Shown piece after piece: positions 1 to 9,486 of a DNA stretch of 51,510 bases. The notes under the pieces are model-generated. The model did not search any database. It was not told the origin of the DNA and saw only the letters and a list, made by a program, of their open reading frames with translations. The position numbers and the translations under genes were made by a program. Position 1 is the stretch's first letter. Each line of letters begins with the position of its first letter. The stretch covers positions 1,736,001-1,787,510 of the forward strand of contig NW_019028980.1 in NCBI RefSeq assembly GCF_002105155.1, in the 5' to 3' direction. Origin of the DNA: Lobosporangium transversale (taxonomy: Eukaryota).

Positions 1-956
1 TTACTCCATTGGCGTCGAAGCAGCTCTTTTTTTTTTTGAGGAAAAAGAGAAGTATATATAACAGCAAAATTAGGAGAAACATTTTAACATTGCCAATGTT
101 ACTTAAAAAAAGAGGATAATTAGTCTACCTTCAACACGTCTTATGGGGCCAGTTAGATACTTATGGTCATTGGAAACATAAAATTCGCGAGGCCCCAATG
201 CAACAATGTCATTTGGAGTGCGAATGAGCTCATGCTGGATAGTCTCCTTGTACTGGACGGCCTTGTCACCAATAGAGTACTCGAGTACCTCAACGACGCT
301 TCCGGTACGGCGATGGTTGATGGCAAAAATGGTGAGGTCTGTCGCAGATCGCTCATGGATCCCTAATCCATGGAACACACGATCAGCTCCCTCAGGAAAG
401 CCAACCAAGTCCATTACTTGATGCTTTCCAGACTACACATTGAATCAGGAGAGGAGAATAGAAGAATAAAAAAAAATAGAAAAGAAAAAATAAGAGCATG
501 TAAGCATAAAGATAAAGGATAAACTAAAATCTGCCATATGCAACAATAAATAGGGCTTACAGGGATGTCATAGATCACAAACACATCTTGGAAAGCATTC
601 TCTGTCGAAGAATTAAATTTGTCAATAGGTGGATACCAGCCCTTTCGAGCCTCTGCGTTTCCACAGGTTGTAAACGCAAGACTAGAGGCATGATGGATAT
701 GAATGTCCTCACAGGCTTCAAGACCTTCAAGAGGCTTGCAACCCTCTGTGTTGAATGGTTGTATGTCACCCAGGAGAACACCACTATCAACCACTAGGTC
801 TTTGATTAAGTTGTAACTCAAGGCAGCAATGAGAACTATGACCAATAGGAGATCTCGGAAGAGAGTTTTGACACTGAATCCACCTGTGGCCTTTGGAGAG
901 GTAGGCTTAGTGTGTGTTTGCGGAGTAGCCGAAGTCTTGGCGTTATTCTTGGCCAT
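1..956 (-). CDS. Paraoxonase/arylesterase-like Ca2+-dependent lactonase (PON family), copy A; 3' part runs off the window start
   Basis: ATG at 956; exons 956-561, 432-129 and 25-<1 with GT-AG introns. Exon 1 and 2 sizes (396, 304 nt) equal copy B. Motifs ACEDI, FHGLG, INH, PNDI and SNDH match PON1 E53/D54, H115, H134, N168/D169 and D183/H184. N-terminal hydrophobic anchor. Confidence 0.9.
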
Positions 957-1334
957 TGTGTGGAGCAAAGTTGTTGTTTTTATTTCTTTCAAATGAAGAT
1001 GAGATCTGAATTGAGAAATGGAGGAATGAATGGGGTGCTATTTAAGCTGTAAAAATAAGCTACGCAGTTACGCGCCTCAGTATCGAAAAAAGTACTTAAT
1101 AAATTTTGCATTAATAATACCTATGAAACAACAGCCTTTCCTATTGTCTTAGAGTTGCCACCGAAGACGTGTTTTAAATCTTAGGCGTCCTTGCTTTCAC
1201 AAAGAACGAAATTATTAATCACAATAAGTTCTATGACCCTGGAAGGTCCTTATTATCAAAAAAAAAAAAAAAAAAAAAAAAAAGACAGGATTTGTAATCC
1301 TTATAATTCGTAAAGATCTCTTCTTTTCTCTGTA

Positions 1335-1579
1335 CACCAGTGTTTTGTTAACAGCCCGCTGAAGTGCCCCTTGTTGAGATTTTTTATATTTTAAAGAAGA
1401 TTTCAATTCAAACTTCCCTCCACTTTCTATTCAATAATCATTCAATTAGCAATATGGTTATCTGAGTGCAAGTTAATTGGAGGAAAACTTGAGTTGAAAT
1501 CTTTAAGCCAATAGTTATCTCTAAAATATAAGGAAACTCAACAAGGACACTTCATCAGGCTGTTAACAAAACATTGGTG
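1335..1579. mobile_element. Tc1/mariner-type MITE (~245 bp)
   Basis: Starts CACCAGTGTTTTGTTAACAGCC and ends GGCTGTTAACAAAACATTGGTG. Imperfect inverted repeats extend ~90 bp. TA flanks both sides (1333-34, 1580-81). Confidence 0.8.
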
Positions 1580-2385
1580 TAATTGGGCGAGTTCGAGCGG
1601 ACCTATAAACAGTGATCTGCATTGGAAGAAGCGAAGCGGCTGTGATTTTGCAGACCAAGCACGCCTGCTTCAGTAGGGTTGTTTTATTTATCAGTCAGCT
1701 TGAGCGAGTGCTCTGCCATGCACAGCTACCTTAGACATCTCGAGTATCAATATAGGATGGAAAATACACACAAATGAGTTCTGGATATGTACATCTTAAA
1801 AAGAGATGCCTGCCAAAGTCATCCTTGATTGCTTCCTTCACGAAAAAAAAGTAGTGAAATGGCGTGCTTGCTGCAAATAGGGGAACAAGGTTTTCGTGCT
1901 ACAGAAAACCAAACCAATTGAATGTCACAACAGCATTTTTTTCTTTTTTCATTGTCATCCGTTGACAAATGCTGTACTGTACATAAACAGGCTTATAGTA
2001 GTATATAATGTTCTTGATATGTCTTTGATAACAACTTCAATAAAACCCCATGGGTGTGGTTGTGGACCAATAACTTATCTCACTTACTTGACTGCCTTTG
2101 GTAATTAGGGACACAAGGTCATGAGAGTTTACTAGAAATAGGGCTCTATTGCCCTATCATTAGGGGCGCGGGCAAAGCAGTTTTTAATCGACCACACATT
2201 GCCATACTAGCATTGTATAACATCCTATCTTTTTTTGATAACATCCCGTGACGTCATGCAGAATTCATTATTAATACTGTACATTATGTTCATAAGCCAC
2301 GTTAGCATGAGTGGTAACCCTTGAGGCAATGCTCCTGGTGCCTGGACTATCTGTCTGCCCGCCTATCTAGTGTTTATCACACGCC

Positions 2386-2430
<45 letters not shown>

Positions 2431-2480
2431 CCCTAAACGAAATTTGCCATAAACTGATAAACTACACTAACACGCGGAAC

Positions 2481-3559
2481 TGAATGTTTTACTTTTTTTT
2501 TCTACTTTTACTTTAATCTCCTAGGGGACTTGCCGCATCATCATGGATGTTGACTGCATGATACCCTTTGACTTTGGTAGAAGAGCTGCAACTAGGAGAA
2601 TATGATCTTGTATTGTTATTGTAGTATTGGTAAGAAAAGTATACCTAGCCATTTGCTCAGTTCTAGAAGTGAAAATCGGAAAAATCAATCTTTTTGCTTT
2701 CTATTAGCTATGACCCGCTTGTATAAAAGCTCATGCTCCATAGATGCTTCAATGCATGTACTGTAGAGTAAGCTTTCTTCTTGAGGCAGATATAGAAAGC
2801 AAGAGCCGTTAAAAACCATGGATATCGACAGCGGCGACCCAGCTTTATGATCTAAGTATCAGATTTTGTAGGAGACATGGTGCTGAGCTACATACTTAAA
2901 TTTCAGGTCATCAACTTTCCACCTGAAGCCAATATCAAGTTAAGAGATATCGTTCCTATTGAGTTGACTATAGTATCATAGGGAAGTACAGGTATTTTAC
3001 AGTTGTCGCTTCGCTTAGCGTCATTGTAATAGGTAGTGAAGGCAAAAAGTGATTTATTAAACTATAATATTATTATTATAAGCCTTTTTAAAGACTTAAG
3101 ACTATATATGTACTTTGATAATCATAGTATTCGATAGTTCGGGATCTGAAGTACCTTTCGCAAGCAGGGAATTGCTGGTTAGTATGCCAAATGAAGAATA
3201 AAATGCAAAACATTTTCCATATGGTTTTTAGTGACTCTTGCTTTCCATATCTGTCTCAAGAAGAAAGCTTACTCTACAGTACATGCATTGAAGCATCTAT
3301 GGAGCATGAGCTTTTATACAAGCGGGTCATAGCTAATAGAAAGCAAAAAGATTGATTTTTCCGATTTTCACTTCTAGAACTGAGCAAATGGCTAGGTATA
3401 CTTTTCTTACCAATACTACAATAACAATACAAGATCATATTCTCCTAGTTGCAGCTCTTCTACCAAAGTCAAAGGGTATCATGCAGTCAACATCCATGAT
3501 GATGCGGCAAGTCCCCTAGAAGATTAAAGTAAAGTAGAAAAAAAAAAGTAAAACATTCA
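2481..3559. repeat. Long inverted repeat: ~340-bp arms (2481-2820 / ~3221-3559) with ~400-bp spacer, between the two PON genes
   Basis: 2521-2785 is, by eye, the exact reverse complement of 3255-3519 (265 bp); the flanks are more diverged. Confidence 0.95.
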
Positions 3560-3894
3560 TCCAGTTTTGCATGTTAATGTACGACGGCAAAATTATTTTT
3601 AAGGACATCTAAGCAAGGACGAATGTAAAGCATAATGGAAGGAAAGAAAAAAAGAGAGACGAAGACCTTAGTCACAGTCATGGCAGTGAAGTATTGCCAC
3701 CATTTTGTAGTTGTAGAGAGCATGAAACCAAACTGTGCGAAAGGTTCTCCATAAGTGCAAGATACATGTGTCAGATTGAAAGGTAATTTTCTTTATTAAC
3801 AACCCGAGTTGTCAAATTACAAAAAAGATCAGAGTTGCCAAATAAGCTTGCGTGGTTGCTAAATCGAGGGGGACTGTTAAATATATTCTCCCGT

Positions 3895-3981
3895 ACGGCA
3901 ATGGATGCGCATCATAGATAATAAATCCCGTCCTTGTTATCAAAAAAAAAAAAAAAAAAAAAAAACGGTAATAGATGTGCA
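3895..3981 (+). mobile_element. Very short poly(A)-tailed insertion (...TCCTTGTTATC-A24) with a degenerate 17-bp TSD
   Basis: ACGGCAATGGATGCGCA (3895-3911) vs ACGGTAATAGATGTGCA (3965-3981): 14/17 identical, all mismatches transitions. They flank ~30 nt plus A24. Confidence 0.6.
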
Positions 3982-4369
3982 CTGTCCAGGAGAGCAGCCC
4001 ATCTATAGACTCCAGTACTTATAAGTCCACTCGGGCTCGTGAGTCCCTGTTACAAAGAAAAGGAAATGTTGATTGATTACCATTATGGCTATGGCTATGA
4101 TCTTTGCGAATCATTGACAGTAAGGACCCCCTAATTTAAAAACGCGTCTTTAGTGACAACAGAATATAAAAAGTCAGGGATATTGAATGGTTGTTGTTTC
4201 ACCGAAATTAAAGCAAAACTTACTAAACACTAAACTTTCTTTTTTAATACTGAGGCGAAACTTTATTTTGTAGTTAAATAGCGCCCCATTCAATTTCATT
4301 TCATCCATTCCTCCATCCAGATCTCATCTTCATTTGAAAGAAATAAAAACAACAACTTTGCTCCACATA

Positions 4370-5830
4370 ATGGCCAAGAATAACGCCAAGACTTCGGCTA
4401 CTCCGCAAACACACACTAAGCCTACCTCTCCAAAGGCCACAGGTGGATTCAGTGTCAAAACTCTCTTCCGAGATGTCGCATTGGTCACAATTCTCACTTC
4501 TGCCTTGAGCTACAACTTTATCAAAGACCTAGTGGTTGATAGTGGTGTTCTCCTGGGTGACATACAACCATTCAACACAGAGGGTTGCAAGCCTCTTGAA
4601 GGTCTTGAAGCCTGTGAGGACATTCATATCCATCATGCCTCTAGTCTTGCGTTTACAGCCTGTGGAAACGCAGAGGCTCGAAAGGGCTGGTATCCACCTA
4701 TTCACAAGCTCAATACTTCGACAGAGAATGCTTTCCAAGATGTGTTTGTGATCTATGACATCCCTGTAAGCCCTATTTATTGTTGCATATGGCAGATTTT
4801 AGTTTATCCTTTATCTTTATGCTTACATGCTCTTATTTTTTCTTTTCTATTTTTTTTTATTCTTCTATTCTCCTCTCCTGATTCAATGTGTAGTCTGGAA
4901 AGCATCAAGTAATGGACTTGGTTGGCTTTCCTGAGGGAGCTGATCGTGTGTTCCATGGATTAGGGATCCATGAGCGATCTGCGACAGACCTCACCATTTT
5001 TGCCATCAACCATCGCCGTACCGGAAGCGTCGTTGAGGTACTCGAGTACTCTATTGGTGACAAGGCCGTCCAGTACAAGGAGACTATCCAGCATGAGCTC
5101 ATTCGCACTCCAAATGACATTGTTGCATTGGGGCCTCGCGAATTTTATGTTTCCAATGACCATAAGCATCTAGATGGCCCCCAGAGAGTTGCTGAAGGTA
5201 AATTAGTTTTTTTTTTTTTTTTTTTTTTAAGTAACAATGACAATGTTCCTAATCTTACTGTTACATATACTTCTCTTTTTCCTCAAAAAAAAAAAAGAGC
5301 TGCTTCGACGCCAATGGAGTAATGTGATCTACTATTCACCTGAGAAGACATTCGTTGCCTTTACAGGCGTCGCAAGTGCCAATGGTATGACTAGCAACAA
5401 AGACAATTCGCTTATCTTCCTCTCAGCCTGCCATGGTGCTGGCATGCATGTGCTCAAGCCTCAAGCAGACCACACACTTAGCCAAGAAGAGTTTGTCAAG
5501 TTTGACTTCTACGTTGATAATCCTTCATATGATCCTGTGTCTGGTGATATCTTTGTTGCGGGCCATGTCCAACCCTACAGGATGGTTTCGAGCCTTGGCG
5601 TGCATGGGAAACCCATCATCGGGCCATCCAAAGTCGTAAGAATGTACAAGAACCCAGAGATTTCATCTACCGCACCTAAATATCTCATTGAAACTGTATT
5701 AGCTGATGATGGACATTTCATCTCGACAAGCACGGTGGCAGCTATTGACCGCAAACATGAGGTCATGTTGATTGGTACAGTCTTCTCTGCACAGGGCTTT
5801 TTCCGTTGTCCACTTCCCAAGGGGGCTTAA
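4370..5830 (+). CDS. Paraoxonase/arylesterase-like lactonase (PON family), copy B, complete, ~410 aa
   Basis: Exons 4370-4765, 4894-5197 and 5298-5830 (1233 nt, in frame). Has the PON metal/catalytic motifs EDI, FHG, INH, PNDI, NDH, SANG (N224), VDN (D269/N270) and AGH (H285). Confidence 0.92.
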
Positions 5831-6370
5831 AAAGTAGAAATCTCTGAGTTATATCTATCTTTATAAAAACTCATATTCGTACTTCAATCTGCTTGAAAGG
5901 TCCTATTGTTAAATATTCAATGCCCTTAAACATAAAGTCCAAAGATAACATACATCAATGATAATTAGATTGGTAATATGTTGACATCTTGATTAAGAGG
6001 ACCCACGAGTTGACATATATAATAATAACCTCATATGGATTTTCCACTACTGTCACAATTTTTTTTTTGACAACAAGGAGGTCATGTTCCACTACTCCCT
6101 TTGGTATCATCTCGGGAAATTTTTAGCCGGTCAGTGAGTCACGTGAAGAAAATCAAAATTCATACACTTATGGAATTTTATTATTTCTTTAAATAGTTGT
6201 CAATGAAAAATTACTGCTTAAGGACTGGGGGCTATACTGAATACCAGTAAGAGCCGTAATAAGACGTAAATATATAGAACACACTGAAGTGTTATACCAA
6301 GATAAAGGTCTTTATTAGTTTATGATACAATGCTATACAAGTAACTAGTGCTGAGGTTTTTTTTTTTTTA

Positions 6371-8139
6371 GAAAAAAGATATTTGCACGGGCCCGTACAC
6401 CTCTTATTTGCACGGGGGCCGTACAAATATTTAAAAGATCTATTTGCACTGCCCCGTACACACCTTATTTACACCGCTCCCCCCGTGCAAATAAAAAAAA
6501 GTTATTTGCACGGGGGTCTTTTTTTTTATTTGTACGGGGTCTTTATTTTAGCCCTAAACACCATAACCAGGAAGCCTTCCATGACACAGGCTTAGATCTA
6601 GAGCCGCTGCCTAAGCATCAAATACTGACCAGAATATCTTATCAAGTTCGTATGTAGCTCAGAGTAGATGTTGGCATTCTTTATGCGACTGGGACTAAAT
6701 ACAGAATTACAAATGATTTATCTATAGTTGAAATATACTATGCAGCTTTACTTTGCACTTTTGTTGGTTGCATTGTTATGGTTCCCCGATGCTTAACGCG
6801 TGCATACATCTTAGGTATTTCCGTACACTATTAAGCACACAACGATGAATTCAGTTATTAGGAATCTCTAACGTGTAGTTTGTGTCGGTAGATGTACAAA
6901 CAATCATACAATCATACTCATTTCTACGATGTATAGCGTGCCGTGTTACTACCTACTCTCTTTCTTTTCCCTTTCTGTTTATCAAATTCATCAAAATACA
7001 ATGGGTAGACCTCAGCTTATTTTGTGGAATATCTATCTTCTTACCCGATATTACTTGTCTTTTGATAGTTGGTGACAGTTCGCACTCAAAACCGAACGTG
7101 CACAATCACCTATATCTCTATATCTTAGTGGCTAAAATACTTTAATAGCATAACCGTGACTAATAGTGATAGAAAAGAGACATAAATATTCTTTTCTGTT
7201 ATTGAAATATGCCAGGGTCATAATAAGTAGCGAGAACGAAAGAAAGGTGTCTTTATTATGATCCAGGGATCTTCGTTAAATAAAAAGGGTAAAAACCTTA
7301 GCTATAGTAAAAACCCATATAAATGACTGCTAATCGCAATAATCCTTAGTTTTGTCTCATTACATTCCAAGTTTATTATCATAGCCAACTTACCTTGGTT
7401 CGTCTTTAGCACGCAGTATTGCATACTCAGCACATGTAGATGCTCACTGCGTCTAAAGGACCAGCTTCATATTGTACAATCACTTGAAATGGTAATGAAG
7501 AGAAGCACTGTCTTCAATCTTATTTCTTGCCGTTTTCCCTCAGCCTGTACTGCCCAAAAACTTCAGTGATTATCCACATTGCCTCATTAATAAAAGGGTA
7601 AATTTATTGAACTTTAGCTCCATATTACATACATAGTAAGTTATATCAGTTAGGTTAAAACAGTGCACCAACTAAGAAGGAGGACAAAGAGAGGGTTCTT
7701 GTCTGCCCCACGTGAGTGGTAATTTAAATCATCGTATACGCTATATGGGTCTAATGGTAGTATTTTTGTATGTCACAAATGAGCTGTTTGGCAGCTCCCA
7801 CGGCGCTGCAACTTCCACCAGTAGACCCCTCTCTACTCTAGACTCACCTCCACTTATTTATATAAAGCCAGAATCATGTAGTCTGTAGGATACACGTTGC
7901 TGCTTGTAGATGAAAAAGAGACCCCGTGCAAATAACTTTTTTTTATTTGTACGGGGGGAGCAGTGTAAATAGAGGTACGGGGCAGTGCAAATAATTTTTT
8001 TTATAAGTAAAAATTTATTTGCACGGGGGCCGTACAAATAAGAGGTTTTTTTTTTTTTTTTTTTTTTTTTTGATAACAAGGACCCTCAGGGGGGCCGTAC
8101 AAATAAGGGGTGTACGGGCCCGTGCAAATAACTTCATCC
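6371..8139. mobile_element. Non-autonomous Mutator(MULE)-like element, family A copy 1 (~1.77 kb)
   Basis: ~170-220-bp imperfect TIRs built of TATTTGCACGG/CCGTGCAAATA modules (left GAAAAAAGATATTTGCACGGGCCCGTACACC; right ...GGTGTACGGGCCCGTGCAAATAACTTCATCC). 9-bp TSD TTTTTTTTA at 6362-6370 and 8140-8148 (low complexity). Interior is homologous to 9620-11150. Confidence 0.8.
8025..8110 (-). mobile_element. Very short poly(A)-tailed insertion (TGAGGGTCCTTGTTATC-A26) with 21-bp TSD, inside the MULE right TIR
   Basis: GGGGGCCGTACAAATAAGAGG (8025-8045) and GGGGGCCGTACAAATAAGGGG (8090-8110) flank T26+GATAACAAGGACCCTCAG. The left TIR lacks this insert. Confidence 0.8.
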
Positions 8140-8477
8140 TTTTTTTTATAACAACCCTCACAGTAACTAGTGCTGAGGTGAATGAGGCTGCATACCTGAA
8201 GTGATATATCAAGATAAGGTAAGGAACACTTCAGGGAAGGGGGTTGCCCTGACAAGTATACTACTCAGCCATTGGGCTGCTTCACTTTATGTGCCTTAAC
8301 CAGGACTCGAACCCAGCCCCTGGGCTAGACAGGGGGTGCCCTGACGAGACGGGGTGGGTTTGAGAGTACCGCTATAGGTATACCTCTGGCTCTGCCTACC
8401 AAGACGTCACTTATTATTGATGTGGCTTAAGTAATCTCTATTTAGAATATTTAATTGCAACCCTCACAACAAGAAAT

Positions 8478-8549
8478 TCTTTGGTAGTATAGTGGTCAGT
8501 ATCTCCGCCTGTCACGCGGAAGACCCGGGTTCAATTCCCGGCCAAAGAG
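8478..8549 (+). tRNA. tRNA-Asp(GTC), intronless, 72 nt
   Basis: Acceptor stem TCTTTGG/CCAAAGA plus discriminator G; A box TAGTATAGTGG; anticodon arm TCCGC-CTGTCAC-GCGGA; T arm CCGGG-TTCAATT-CCCGG. Confidence 0.97.
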
Positions 8550-8554
8550 CTTAC

Positions 8555-8559
8555 TTTTT
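8555..8559 (+). terminator. RNA polymerase III terminator (T5) of tRNA-Asp
   Basis: TTTTT begins 6 nt after the discriminator base. Confidence 0.75.
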
Positions 8560-8708
8560 GCCTCCCTATTAGGCCTTGGGGAAGCAGTGAGAATAAGGTG
8601 TGGTGTGTGGGCCGTGCAAATAGTTTTTAGACATTTATACGGGGGAGAATTCTCTGTATTCCGTTGCAACATATCAAATCGACAAGAGATGACCCCTGTT
8701 TTTTGAAA

Positions 8709-9295
8709 GGATTAATCTATTTGGCAGCCCAGTTGCCAAACATTATTTGGCAGCCCATACCAAATATAGTAATTTTTGCCTCTATTTGGCAGCCTACTTC
8801 TGGGGGCTGCCACTTAACTTCGCACTCTTGGGTGGCAGCTGGGCTGCCAAATACATTACTTTTTTTTTTTTTTTTTTTTTTTTTATAACAGTGTCATAAC
8901 ATCAATGGTAAAACAGGCAGCGTTCTGTGGATACATTGCCTTGCACAGCTAATGCCGCCGGAGGTACTAAGGGCAGCGGCGATGACATCTTCACAAAACA
9001 GCCTTCAATGTACACGGTTAGGGAATGATTTATTGAAGACGTCTAGGTAGCAGGTGAGACGCGTTTGCTCCGAGCGAAAACCTCTCATAGGCATTGATCT
9101 CCAAATGGCACCTCCAAAACTGTATGAGCGACCTACTTGAAAAAAAAAAAAAAAAAAAAAAAATAAATAGTTAGAGGCCAAATAGCCCTGGGTAGGCTGC
9201 CAAGTAAATAATGAATGTTATTTGGCAACTGGGCTGCCAAAGAGAGTCTTGAAAGTTGATTATATTTGGCAATGGGCTGCCAAATAGATTAATCC
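8709..9295. mobile_element. Non-autonomous MULE-like element, family B (587 bp)
   Basis: Perfect terminal GGATTAATCTATTTGGCAGCCC / GGGCTGCCAAATAGATTAATCC; repeated subterminal TTTGGCAGCCC motifs; exact 9-bp TSD TTTTTGAAA (8700-8708, 9296-9304). Confidence 0.9.
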
Positions 9296-9486
9296 TTTTT
9301 GAAATAAGAGTTACCTTTTGACGATTATTTTCCCCTGAGAAGTGTCTGCTTTTTCTCGATTGGTGTCTACTTTTTTTCCATTGGTATGTCCCCCTTCCTA
9401 TCCTGGCTATATATATTTTTTCTCGACAAGTCCCTTCCTGATCTCCAACAGCAGTAATGACAGTAAATCACAAACCAATTTAATAA

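Noticed and set aside
6380..6545. Regularly repeated ATTTGCACGG motifs as a CRISPR-like array
   Set aside because: Eukaryotic DNA; the motifs alternate in orientation, have no unique spacers and form the TIRs of a TSD-flanked element.
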